A DNA stretch of 20,903 nucleotides from Candidatus Electronema aureum. Lineage in GTDB: Bacteria > Desulfobacterota > Desulfobulbia > Desulfobulbales > Desulfobulbaceae. This document shows, piece by piece, positions 11,641-20,654 of this stretch. The notes beneath the pieces were generated by a model. The model was not told the DNA's origin. It saw only the letters and a program-made list of their open reading frames with translations, and did no database searches. Numbering within the stretch: the first letter of the stretch is position 1; each line of letters opens with the position of its first letter. The stretch lies in assembly GCA_004284765.1 (NCBI GenBank), contig NQJD01000042.1:1-20903 (forward strand), given 5' to 3'. Both the position numbers and the translations under genes were made by a program.

Positions 11641-12129
11641 TTATACCAGAATCCGGCAGCCGCACTCCAGCTCTATACTCACGGGAGACACGTGGCGAAC
11701 AGCGCGGTCTCGCCGGACATGCAGCACCAGCAACGTGAAGGGATCAAAAACGATCACGTCCTTAACTCCCTGCGAGAGATAGAAAGGCGGGCCAATTTCC
11801 AAATCCTTGGCCTCATAGCCTTTGCTGACCACCTCAATAACCGCTTCGGGAATCATGGTTAAGGCAGAATCTTGCTCCTCTTCGCCCGGTTCTTGGCAAA
11901 AAATGGAGATGTCAGGCCGCTTCAGCCCGCCGGGGAACTGGATATAAACATCTACGGCATGGACGCAGGCACAATCCGAGCAGGCTGTTTGCTCTATGCC
12001 CTGCACGATGCGTTCAATGTGCTTCTGATGGCGGTACACCGGCTGCGCTTCCCAGATGGCCAGCCCGTTGACAATTTCTAAACGGATACCTAACTCGCTG
12101 GCCTGAAGGAGGGTGTTCGACAGAGTCAT
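11641..12129 (-). CDS. Uma2 family (DUF820) PD-(D/E)xK putative endonuclease
   Basis: 162 aa from the ATG at 12129 (MTLSNTLL...). RPDISIF (Asp), IPEAVIEVVS (Glu), AKDLEIGPPFYLSQGVKDVIVFDP. It sits between trpD and trpC on the same strand, 39 nt before the trpC start. Confidence 0.78.
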   Translation of the reverse strand: MTLSNTLLQASELGIRLEIVNGLAIWEAQPVYRHQKHIERIVQGIEQTACSDCACVHAVDVYIQFPGGLKRPDISIFCQEPGEEEQDSALTMIPEAVIEVVSKGYEAKDLEIGPPFYLSQGVKDVIVFDPFTLLVLHVRRDRAVRHVSPVSIELECGCRILV

Positions 12130-12355
12130 AATTTTACGGTACAAAAAAGAAAAGGCAGCAAGCCAAGACAAAAATAGAACGGGTTCTGCAACAGTAGAAT
12201 CTCCAGCAGCAGTGGCTGGTTACTGCCCCTATCTATCCATCATTTTAGGAAAGGTAAGATGAAACACGGCTCCGCCACCCTATACATTCGCTGGGTGCTT
12301 TCGTATTTATCATCCTGCTACAGGAACTGATTTTTACCAACTGCATAACTCCTAT

Positions 12356-13390
12356 TCAATTCAATTTCCTGCAAAAGGCAACAAGGCTGTTCAGTTTCTC
12401 CAAGGCCGCGCCGCTGGCGATGACCTGCCGCGATAGCTCCACCCCTTCCCGTAGCCCCTCTGTCCTGCCCGCAGCCATCAGCGCGGCTCCAGCATTGAGC
12501 AGCACCATGTCCAATTTTGCACTGGGTGTGTTACCCAAAACCGCCTGCACTTGCTCTGCCGACTCCGCCGCTGTTTTGCCGCCGCGAATGTCATCAAAAG
12601 CAGCACGGGCTAGCCCGACATCTTCCGGCTCGATCGTGTAGCTTTCAACTGTGCCATCATGGGCATCAGCAATATGCGAAGTGCCGGTGACAGTTAGCTC
12701 GTCCATACCGCCTTCACCCCAAACCACTAAGGCGCGTTTCATACCCAGCCGACTGAGCACTTCAGCGATGGGTCGAATCAGCTCTTTGGCAAATACGCCG
12801 GTGAGCTGAACATTCGTGCGGGCCGGATTCGTCAGCGGGCCGAGGATGTTGAAGATGGTGCGAATGCCCAGTTCGCGGCGCGGGCCGATAGCGTATTTCA
12901 TTGCCCCGTGCAGCATCGGCGCAAAAAGAAAGCCGATACCTACTGTGCGGACGCATTCTGCCACCCGCTCCGGCGGCAGAGAAAGATTTACGCCCAACGC
13001 TTCCAGCACGTCCGCGCTACCGCAAGCAGAGGACATTGCTCGGTTACCGTGCTTGGCCACTGGTATTCCTGCTCCGGCAATAACAAAGGCCGAGGTGGTA
13101 GAGACGTTGAAGGTACCGGAGCCGTCACCACCGGTACCCACGATGTCTAATAGCACTTCCCCAGCAGCGGTGTTCACGCCAGTGTCAACAAAGGTAGCCT
13201 TTTCACGCATCACCCGAACTGCACCCGCAATTTCGTCGATGGTCTCTCCCTTCATCCGCAGGGCAGTGATAAAGGAGCCGATCTGCGCGTCTGTGGTCTG
13301 CCCGCTCATGATTTCCTGCATCACAGCAGTCATCTGCTGCTCGTCCAGATGCTGACCGGTAACGATTCGGGCGATTGCTTCTTTGATCAT
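12356..13390 (-). CDS. trpD: anthranilate phosphoribosyltransferase
   Basis: 344 aa from the ATG at 13390 (MIKEAIARIV...). LDIVGTGGDGSGTFNVST, KHGNRA, and FLFAP..H motifs. The track start at 13471 would overlap the upstream gene. Confidence 0.94.
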   Translation of the reverse strand: MIKEAIARIVTGQHLDEQQMTAVMQEIMSGQTTDAQIGSFITALRMKGETIDEIAGAVRVMREKATFVDTGVNTAAGEVLLDIVGTGGDGSGTFNVSTTSAFVIAGAGIPVAKHGNRAMSSACGSADVLEALGVNLSLPPERVAECVRTVGIGFLFAPMLHGAMKYAIGPRRELGIRTIFNILGPLTNPARTNVQLTGVFAKELIRPIAEVLSRLGMKRALVVWGEGGMDELTVTGTSHIADAHDGTVESYTIEPEDVGLARAAFDDIRGGKTAAESAEQVQAVLGNTPSAKLDMVLLNAGAALMAAGRTEGLREGVELSRQVIASGAALEKLNSLVAFCRKLN

Positions 13391-13412
13391 GGTTAGGTTT
13401 CCTTTTTCAATG

Positions 13413-15041
13413 CTATATGTCTTCGCATCGATACTTATGTATTTGAATTGTACCGTATTGCTGAGTGGCAATGTTCGTCAGTTGACAGTGCAAACGCTCT
13501 TTGCAATAGATATCGAGAAGATTCAAACTGTTCATTGAAGCAATGATTGAAATTTCCTTTTTACTCTTTAGAAGATCAACTACACCACGACCAGACTTTT
13601 GTTCAAGAGAAGAAACTGAAAATGGGGCCAATGTAAAAGCACCTAAGCCGTAAAGTTGATAGGAAAGTGCAGCGTCAGTGTTCCGCAATAAAACTGGATA
13701 GGCATTTTCAAAAGGAAAAGCTGCTCCCCAATTAATTACTGGATAACTTGGAAAACCTGTTAATTCTTTACTAATCTGCTTGATCTCTTTTTGAGATGTT
13801 TTTGATGCTGAAAAAACTATTGAGGTGTTGAATATTGCCGCTGCTACTAAAATAGCATGTATCACAAATTGTCGATACCAATTTTTCTGAATCCATCTTT
13901 GCGAATTTTCTATCAAGAAGGGTGCGATAAGAAGCAAAGAGACCAACGGCACATATACTCTCACTACCCCAGGGCGGCCCAGCAAGCCAAGAACAAAAAT
14001 CGCGGCAATACATAAACTCCAGCTTGCTGCTACCTGCCAAGATCGACAGAAGAAAGCTATCATTCCAGCAGCTAATAGGATTGGCAATAGAGATGGATGC
14101 AGCAAAATTTTCATACCGACAAAAGCTCTCTCTACAGCACCTTGTTGAGCAGGAAGGGGGCCTAATTCTTTAAGCATCGCATTGAGTTTATCTGGATCAG
14201 TAATATTCGGGTCAGCAAAGAACCAGTTGCTTGTTAAATTTATATCGTTAACGCTGTAGCCATATCGTTCTAAAATATCTGGTCGCTGTTTTATATAATT
14301 GTGAGCACCGAAATCAGTAAATAACGCCCTTGGTGGATTCAATTTGTTAAACGCTGCCCATTCTTCACCTCGATAAGAATTCTTATCTACAGCATGAGAT
14401 GCGATCACTATCAATGCTGTTGTAGCAAGGGAAATCTTTAACCATTTATCTGAACGAATGGAACTGAAAGGAAGTAAAGGTAAAGATACTGCAAGCACTA
14501 AAAAAAACTCTTGATTACGAACCAAATAGCTACAGTAAGCAAGCAAACACCCGATGAATACTATTCTTTTATCGTTTTTCTGTTTATATAAATGCAGACA
14601 AATTACAAACGATACCATTAATAACCCTGCGTTAATGGTAAACTGCGGAAAAAGAACTGGGCGAGCTAAGGCAAGAAAAGGTACCAGAAACGCACTAACA
14701 TAACCAAGACCAAAAGATAACAATCCATATACCAAGACAGCACCACAAGAAATAAGAACGGCAATAGTTGCTATAGAATAACCTAATATGCCATTAAATT
14801 CTGGCAAACAGCGAACTAAATAACCCCAGATTACATTGGAAAATATTAAATGAGGTGATCCAAAAGCAGCTATGCCGTAGCCATGAGCAACCATCGACAT
14901 TCCAACATCATCATTACTTTCCCACCTTGGCTCAAGAAAACTACACAGAAAAATTACGAAGAAAAATGAAACAACTAATGATCCCAACACAAGGTGACAG
15001 TTAGATTTATCACGTTTGTTGAGGAATATATTGCTTAACAT
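13413..15041 (-). CDS. AT-rich polytopic membrane protein, possible GT-C-type glycosyltransferase or polymerase-like enzyme
   Basis: 542 aa with more than 10 predicted hydrophobic helices by eye. An acidic WESNDDVG stretch follows the first TM segment; GT-C enzymes carry acidic motifs in the first outer loop. About 110 aa at the C-terminus look soluble. The DNA is visibly much AT-richer than both neighbours. Confidence 0.75.
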   Translation of the reverse strand: MLSNIFLNKRDKSNCHLVLGSLVVSFFFVIFLCSFLEPRWESNDDVGMSMVAHGYGIAAFGSPHLIFSNVIWGYLVRCLPEFNGILGYSIATIAVLISCGAVLVYGLLSFGLGYVSAFLVPFLALARPVLFPQFTINAGLLMVSFVICLHLYKQKNDKRIVFIGCLLAYCSYLVRNQEFFLVLAVSLPLLPFSSIRSDKWLKISLATTALIVIASHAVDKNSYRGEEWAAFNKLNPPRALFTDFGAHNYIKQRPDILERYGYSVNDINLTSNWFFADPNITDPDKLNAMLKELGPLPAQQGAVERAFVGMKILLHPSLLPILLAAGMIAFFCRSWQVAASWSLCIAAIFVLGLLGRPGVVRVYVPLVSLLLIAPFLIENSQRWIQKNWYRQFVIHAILVAAAIFNTSIVFSASKTSQKEIKQISKELTGFPSYPVINWGAAFPFENAYPVLLRNTDAALSYQLYGLGAFTLAPFSVSSLEQKSGRGVVDLLKSKKEISIIASMNSLNLLDIYCKERLHCQLTNIATQQYGTIQIHKYRCEDI

Positions 15042-15052
15042 GTTTAACGATA

Positions 15053-17719
15053 TTACTGTTGTGTAGTGTTTGTTACAGGTCGCCGATGTTCAATATAGGC
15101 AATCACGCCAGCCGCAATCTGTTCGGCAAGAGATTGAAGATATTTATCATCCTTGAGTAACGCGGCCTCATCCTTATTGCTAATGAAGGAAATTTCCGAC
15201 AACGCGGCAGGCATCTGCGCACCAATCAGCACGTAGAACGGTGCCTTTTTAACTCCAAGACTCTTGATCTTATATTGCCGCAGTCCATCTGTCATACTGG
15301 TTTGAATAAATTCCGCCAGCAGGGAAGATTCGTCAATCTTTGTATTCTTCATCAAATCAGCCAAGATGCCCTGCATTTCACTCATGCTGCGCGAGGAAGT
15401 GGCATTCTCCAAGGCCGCAACCCGCATAGCCTCTGGGTTAGCGGCCAAGTTGAGGTAGAAGGTTTCCACGCCTTTTACCCAAGGTTTGGGATGAGCGTTG
15501 ACGTGGATGGACAAAAAGAGGTCTGCCCCTTTGGTGTTGGCGATGGCAGTGCGCTCCTCCAGCGCGATAAAAACATCCTTATCTCGCGTCAGCGGTACCT
15601 CGTACTTTTCTTTTTCAAGTAGCGTCTTCACCCGCTTGGCTACATCCAAGACAATGTCTTTTTCTTGCAGACCAAAGCCCGTTGCGCCACTGTCTTTACC
15701 GCCGTGGCCAGGGTCAATCATGATTCGCCGAATGCTCAAACCCAGCTGCTGGGCTAACGTCAAATCGTGCTGATCCGCACCCACAGGCTTGATCTGGAGC
15801 TTTTTCTTGATCGCCGTCGCTTTGGCTTGTTTCTCCTGCTCGGTCAGCTTTTGCTGTGCGCTATCTGCTAACGTATTTTCATCCTTTTCAAGAGGTCGGA
15901 CATCCACCACCACTCGGAACGGATCATTGAGACTGAATATTTTACAGTCAGCAGCATCAGCCAGCTCCAAAGACACCCGAACGGTTTCTGCATCAGCTTG
16001 CTCGGCGCGAATGCTTTTGACCAAGCCATTTTCTACCGCAATCGGTGTGCGAAGTTCCGGTGCAACGTGGCTTTGCTTGAATTCAAGGCGCAGCTGTCTC
16101 GGATGTCCGCTGTTTTTATCTGGTAGTTCAGCGTGATAGGACACTATGCCAGATGCGCTCACCGCTACCCGACTATAACTATCGGACGACCAATGTTGAA
16201 TCGGCAACAACTCGGTTAAAGCTGGTTTCGGCTCTTCTTTTTTGTCCGGCAAGGCAGGTGTAGGTAGAAATGAACCCATTGCCGGAAGAGGAGCTTTCTC
16301 TGCTGCTTCGCTCTTTATCTCAATTTTACCAGGAAGAGGCTGTAATAGTTTCGGTGGTTCAGGTTTAGACACAAATGGAGCAACGACCACCTGTGGAGGA
16401 GGTTTAGGTGTGGGAGGTGCGGGCTTTTCCGGTTCTAAGGAGGCGATTTTTAAGGCCGAGACAACGATTTTGCTTTGCTCTGCCTGCTTCTCTGCTGGCG
16501 TGGATACTTTTTCTTTTTCCGGCAGAGGTGGTGGAGCAACCTGCATTTTCGGCGGTTCTATCTTAGGCGTGGGAAGAGCGATTACTGGCGGCGGGACTGG
16601 CTTGGGTAACTCAGGTTTTGGTGCAGCCTGCATAGCTGCTTTGGGTGTTACAACAGTCTTTTCTTCCTCATCATTGCCAAAAAACGGAAAACTCAGGTCA
16701 GGAAAGCTGATCTCCGCCAACAGCGATTTTTTCGGTTCGTTATCCTTCACCGCAGCAGCGGCTTTAGGTGGCGGAGTGACAGGAAGAGGCAATGCGATCT
16801 TTTCCTGCGGCTTCTTTGTTGGCACAGGCGGAGTGTTCACCTTAACCTGCGGCACCGCAAAGGTTATCTGCTGCCGCGTGGGTTTTTCTGGCTCTTTCGC
16901 CACCGGAACAGAGGAAACAGCGGGCTTTGTCACCGGTTTAAGCAGAGCTGGAGCTGACTTACTGGCTTCTGCAACAACAGACTGAGGCTGTGAAGTTTTA
17001 GGCGCAGGTGACGGCGGAGTTTCGAGCAGCTCCTCATACAAGGCCAGCACCATTTTCTCCTTCTCCTGCGGCTTTTGCTTCACTTTCACTGCCGGTGCTG
17101 TCGAGGGAGATGCAGACAGTGGTTTTCTCCCTTGTTTGCGGGCGGTTAATGATTCAGCAATGACAATCAGCTGCCGAAGTTGCTCCTCAGCCTGCGCTTT
17201 TCTACTGCTGAGAGGGTAGCTTTGCACTATCTTATAATACGTTTTCGCTGCACCTCTGAGATTGCCGTGAAGCTGCTCAATCTGAGCCAAGGCATAGAGG
17301 GCTTCCGCCGCTTCGCCACTCTGTGGAAACAAAGAAACCACATTGCTGAACAAAGCCGTGGCTTGATCCAAATCAGCAGGCTGATGGAACCGCTGGTGCA
17401 TGGTTTGATACAGACGGGCAGTAAGGTGCAGCGCAGAGGAAGCTATCCGACTTTGCGGATTTTTTCGATAGAGTTGCTCCAATTTCTGGATGACCTGAAG
17501 CCATTCCTCACGCTTTCCGCCTGTAGATGGATTCCTCAGTAGTCGGTGACACTGGTCGGCAACCTGCTGATATTCAGCATCTACAGTAATAGTTGCTGCG
17601 GAGCTTGTCGTCTTTTCGACCGCTACGGCAGACATACTGCTCAGAAGTAACGCCAGCAGCAGGCAAAAACTGGCCCAGAAACGCAGAATAGGGCTGTGCG
17701 GCAGGCGGTCAGGAGACAT
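15053..17719 (-). CDS. N-acetylmuramoyl-L-alanine amidase (AmiC-like) with N-terminal TPR/YbgF-like region, ~400-aa Pro/Lys-rich spacer and AMIN domain
   Basis: 888 aa. Signal-like ASFCLLLALLLSSMSAVA. TPR-like repeats ending ..IVQSYPLSSRKAQAEEQL. Long PKP/PPP low-complexity segment. AMIN-like ...VRVSLELADAADCKIFSLNDPFRVVVDV. Amidase_3 core IMIDPGHGGKDSGA...DLFLSIHVNA...ETFYL...SLGVKKAPFYVL. Confidence 0.9.
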   Translation of the reverse strand: MSPDRLPHSPILRFWASFCLLLALLLSSMSAVAVEKTTSSAATITVDAEYQQVADQCHRLLRNPSTGGKREEWLQVIQKLEQLYRKNPQSRIASSALHLTARLYQTMHQRFHQPADLDQATALFSNVVSLFPQSGEAAEALYALAQIEQLHGNLRGAAKTYYKIVQSYPLSSRKAQAEEQLRQLIVIAESLTARKQGRKPLSASPSTAPAVKVKQKPQEKEKMVLALYEELLETPPSPAPKTSQPQSVVAEASKSAPALLKPVTKPAVSSVPVAKEPEKPTRQQITFAVPQVKVNTPPVPTKKPQEKIALPLPVTPPPKAAAAVKDNEPKKSLLAEISFPDLSFPFFGNDEEEKTVVTPKAAMQAAPKPELPKPVPPPVIALPTPKIEPPKMQVAPPPLPEKEKVSTPAEKQAEQSKIVVSALKIASLEPEKPAPPTPKPPPQVVVAPFVSKPEPPKLLQPLPGKIEIKSEAAEKAPLPAMGSFLPTPALPDKKEEPKPALTELLPIQHWSSDSYSRVAVSASGIVSYHAELPDKNSGHPRQLRLEFKQSHVAPELRTPIAVENGLVKSIRAEQADAETVRVSLELADAADCKIFSLNDPFRVVVDVRPLEKDENTLADSAQQKLTEQEKQAKATAIKKKLQIKPVGADQHDLTLAQQLGLSIRRIMIDPGHGGKDSGATGFGLQEKDIVLDVAKRVKTLLEKEKYEVPLTRDKDVFIALEERTAIANTKGADLFLSIHVNAHPKPWVKGVETFYLNLAANPEAMRVAALENATSSRSMSEMQGILADLMKNTKIDESSLLAEFIQTSMTDGLRQYKIKSLGVKKAPFYVLIGAQMPAALSEISFISNKDEAALLKDDKYLQSLAEQIAAGVIAYIEHRRPVTNTTQQ

Positions 17720-17808
17720 GCGTTGTGTCAGCGGGGGCAGAATATTGAGTACAAAAAGACAAGAAGATCAGCGCGGCGGCGGGCTGCTTGTCCGCATAGG
17801 TCGTGTCA

Positions 17809-17836
17809 ATTATACCCTATTGCCTTGCTGGTGCAA
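17809..17836 (-). promoter_or_regulatory. candidate sigma70-type promoter for the amidase gene
   Basis: On the minus strand: TTGCAC (17836..17831), 16-nt spacer, TATAAT (17814..17809). About 90 nt upstream of the ATG at 17719. Confidence 0.45.
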
Positions 17837-18011
17837 ATGAATTGTCGGAAGGACAGTGAAGGGGGAAGCGGAGCGTCAGGTCGCGAGAGTATAACCAAAA
17901 TTGTGAGAATTATAGTTTCACCGTTACCGAAATCTGCCTCGCTGAGGCACTGCACTGTTTGTATCTCATGTGTAAACAAAGCATGTACGTGGATTCTAAC
18001 TTATGCAAGAG

Positions 18012-18327
18012 GTCTAATAACCTAATGTGCAACTCTTTTTTGGATAGTGTGTCGCTGAAGACAGTCTTACTGCGATTTTAATTTGATTGTGATCCCAACT
18101 GATTGACATGGTAACCCCATACTTGGGCATCTCGCCGTCTGCACATAATCAGGAAGTTTGCCGGGAAACAGTAGGCTCTCATTTGCTGAAATGTTTTAAA
18201 GCAAACCCATTGCGCATACGATCTTTAGTGTTTTTAATATCGGCTGTTCAGTACAATTCCTGTATTTTCAAGAGGCTATTTCGTGTAACTTGTAAGCTAA
18301 AAAGAGTTGCACATTAGGTGTCTAATA
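18012..18327. mobile_element. MITE-like non-autonomous element: 300 bp, 21-bp perfect terminal inverted repeats, 8-bp target-site duplication
   Basis: TIRs are ACCTAATGTGCAACTCTTTTT (18020..18040) and its exact reverse complement (18299..18319). GTCTAATA directly abuts both ends (18012..18019 and 18320..18327). The interior is AT-rich and has no credible gene. Confidence 0.85.
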
Positions 18328-18377
18328 TACTTTTCAGTTGCAGTCCGCTTTACCACTCACGGTTCACTACCACCCAT

Positions 18378-19340
18378 TCAGCGTGCTGGATGCCGTTCCG
18401 ATAGCTCGCGCAGTCGGGCCACGTATTCATCCTTCCGGGCAGCAAGCTGATTGGTAGCTTCGATGTCTCGGATGAGCGGTGGAATCAGGCTGCTGATATC
18501 TGTTCCGTGCGCATTGAGGTTTCTGCTGCCTGCTTCGTCAATCAGCAGCAGCGCGTAATAATTGATCAGCAAGCGCACTCTTGCCTCTCGACGGAAAAGA
18601 TACGAACGTCCGCCGATGGTATTGAGGAAGAAGACCGAATACTCGTAGGCAGTATTGAAAGGAATTTGCACCGTATCTACTGGGCAGCTTTCGCCGATAC
18701 TGGCAGCGTGTAAGGCAACGGCCAGCTCTTCAATCTTGCCTTGCTCGTGTTCCAGCACAGTTTTGAGTAGCTGGATATTGTCTTTGCCGATGATTCGGAA
18801 GAAATGAGCCGTGTTAGAAATCACCGTGTAGAGATCATCGGTTTCCCGCACTACCGCAGGTGGCTTGGCTACCAGCTTGTCTTTTAATCCATCCAGATGC
18901 TTGCGCACCGACTGCTTGAGCTTGAACTCTTGAATGTAGTCTTTTTTGTCCAACCCATCAAGAAACGGTCGCAAACTGCCTGCCGCTTGCAAGCAAGTCA
19001 TGGGCGGCGGAGCTGATTTATCCGCAGGCACAGGAACGAGCGGAGCTGTCTCTACTTCTGTGGTTGGCAAGTTCAGCTCTGACGAAGACCGCGCCAGCTT
19101 GCCTCCTGCTGGAGGAGGTTCATCTACCTCTTTTTCTTCTACTACAAGAGGAGAAGGAGATGACTCCTCGACCTGAGGGCGAAGACCAACCGCCTGAGGG
19201 AGCTGCTTCAGTACCTTTTCCATTTCCGTTGGAAAAAGAAACCAAGCCCCGGCCAAGACTGAAGCAAAAACTGTGCAGCCCAAGGCGATAGACTGAAGCG
19301 GCAATTTCTTTTTCGGCTTCCTATTTTTCATGGCTCTCAT
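18378..19340 (-). CDS. hypothetical membrane-anchored protein (N-terminal TM, Pro/Glu-rich linker, ~200-aa unrecognised C-terminal domain)
   Basis: 320-aa ORF. Basic N-terminus, then the hydrophobic helix IALGCTVFASVLAGAWFLF. Start uncertain (ATG at 19340 or 19331; weak RBS). No family recognised. Confidence 0.7.
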   Translation of the reverse strand: MRAMKNRKPKKKLPLQSIALGCTVFASVLAGAWFLFPTEMEKVLKQLPQAVGLRPQVEESSPSPLVVEEKEVDEPPPAGGKLARSSSELNLPTTEVETAPLVPVPADKSAPPPMTCLQAAGSLRPFLDGLDKKDYIQEFKLKQSVRKHLDGLKDKLVAKPPAVVRETDDLYTVISNTAHFFRIIGKDNIQLLKTVLEHEQGKIEELAVALHAASIGESCPVDTVQIPFNTAYEYSVFFLNTIGGRSYLFRREARVRLLINYYALLLIDEAGSRNLNAHGTDISSLIPPLIRDIEATNQLAARKDEYVARLRELSERHPAR

Positions 19341-19458
19341 GCTGTTGTTTTGCGGGTTATTTCCAAATAATCTGCTCTTACTCTATCAGATTGCAGCAAC
19401 AATGGGCAAAGAAAAAACCGGCTGGAGCTACTGAGGAAGGGCTTTGTTCTGTTTTCCC

Positions 19459-19487
19459 TTGACGCTGCCTGCTGAAAGGAATAAATA
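19459..19487 (+). promoter_or_regulatory. candidate sigma70-type promoter for ppaC
   Basis: TTGACG (19459..19464), 17-nt spacer, TAAATA (19482..19487). About 85 nt upstream of the ATG at 19571. Sequence match only. Confidence 0.3.
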
Positions 19488-19570
19488 GTATAGGCAGTAT
19501 TCTTCGTAAACATACGAGTGACAAGCAAGAATCCTGCACTCTTCTTTTACCTTCCCATAGGAGAAAAAAC

Positions 19571-20497
19571 ATGGCTGTTTATGTTACCGGTCACAAGAAC
19601 CCAGATACCGATTCAGTTACCGCTGCGATTGCCTACGCCGAGCTGCTGAAAGCCCAAGGTACTGACGCGATTGCATCTATGCAGGGCGAGCTGAACCCGG
19701 AGACTCAGGCAGTGCTGCGCCGTTTCAACGTACCTGCACCGGAGATCATGAAGGATGCCGCAGGAAAGACCGTTGCTTTAGTTGATCACAGTGACTTGAA
19801 GCAAGCCCCGGACAACCTGAGCGCAGACAACGTGGTTGCTATTGTTGATCATCACAAGATCGGTGACGTGACCACCAACAGCCCGATTTTTTGCTACGTC
19901 AAGCCTGTCGGCTGTACTGGCACCGTGTTGAAGCAGCTGTATGATGTAGAGGGTGTGGCTATTCAGCCGAAGATCGCTGGTCTGATGATGTCTGCTATTC
20001 TCAGCGATACCGTCAACTTCAAGTCTCCGACTTGCACTGAGGAAGACAAGAAGGCAGTTGCCGAACTGAAGACAATTGCTGCTGTGCAGGACACCGATGC
20101 GCTGTTCATGGAGATGCTGAAGGCCAAAAGTGCTATCGAAGGCATTCCGGCTATGGACTTGCTGAACCGTGATTACAAAGACTTCGATATGAAGGGCAAG
20201 ACTGTTGGCTGCGGCCAGTTGGAGCTTGCCGCGCTGGATCAGGCCACCCCGGCCATCCGCGAGGCTCTGTACAAGGCCATGCAGGAGAAGAAGGCAGCAG
20301 GCGGCCAGCACACTGTGCTGCTGATGCTGACTGATGTCGTTAAGGAAGGCACTGAGCTGATGGTGTTGTCTGATGATGCTTCGATGATTGAGGGTGCATT
20401 CAACACCAAGATGACCGGCAACTCCATGTGGATTCCCGGCATGATGAGCCGCAAGAAGCAGACCATCCCCAACCTCCAGAAGGCGTTCGGCTGCTAA
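19571..20497 (+). CDS. ppaC: manganese-dependent (family II) inorganic pyrophosphatase, DHH family
   Basis: 308 aa. AGGAGA RBS. GHKNPDTDS, VDHSD, VDHHKIGD, PVGCT, SAILSDTVNFKSPTCT, GMMSRKKQ. Collinear with Bacillus PpaC as I recall it. Confidence 0.95.
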   Translation: MAVYVTGHKNPDTDSVTAAIAYAELLKAQGTDAIASMQGELNPETQAVLRRFNVPAPEIMKDAAGKTVALVDHSDLKQAPDNLSADNVVAIVDHHKIGDVTTNSPIFCYVKPVGCTGTVLKQLYDVEGVAIQPKIAGLMMSAILSDTVNFKSPTCTEEDKKAVAELKTIAAVQDTDALFMEMLKAKSAIEGIPAMDLLNRDYKDFDMKGKTVGCGQLELAALDQATPAIREALYKAMQEKKAAGGQHTVLLMLTDVVKEGTELMVLSDDASMIEGAFNTKMTGNSMWIPGMMSRKKQTIPNLQKAFGC

Positions 20498-20536
20498 TGC
20501 AAGCTGAACCGGAGTCTGCATTCGGGCGGTGATATG

Positions 20537-20573
20537 AAAAGGATCGGCGGCTGCGTCGATCCTTTTTTATTTC
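20537..20573 (+). terminator. rho-independent terminator after ppaC
   Basis: AAAAGGATCG (20537..20546) pairs with CGATCCTTTT (20557..20566) around a 10-nt loop. A TTTTTTATTT tail follows. Confidence 0.7.
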
Positions 20574-20654
20574 TATTGAGGAAGTCAGAAACCTCTATAT
20601 TATAACGGATGAATAACATGAAAAGAATTTTTTATATAAAAATCTTAATAGTTA

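Noticed and set aside
12816-13355. 179-aa plus-strand ORF
   Set aside because: It is antisense to trpD, which has clear family motifs.
13391-13471. Longer trpD start at 13471
   Set aside because: It would overlap the upstream membrane-protein gene by ~60 nt and add a non-homologous leader. MIKEAIARIV at 13390 is the family-typical start, with a purine-rich RBS.
16242-16985. 247-aa Gly-rich ORF on the plus strand
   Set aside because: It is the reverse-complement reading of the proline-rich (CCN) linker of the amidase gene (GGN codons), so it is an artefact of low-complexity sequence.
18108-18317. 69-aa ORF on the plus strand
   Set aside because: It lies wholly inside the 300-bp MITE, is AT-rich with no RBS, and runs into the right TIR.
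19778-20521. 247-aa ORF on the minus strand
   Set aside because: It is antisense to ppaC, whose protein matches family II pyrophosphatases along its whole length. The shadow ORF has no recognisable motifs.
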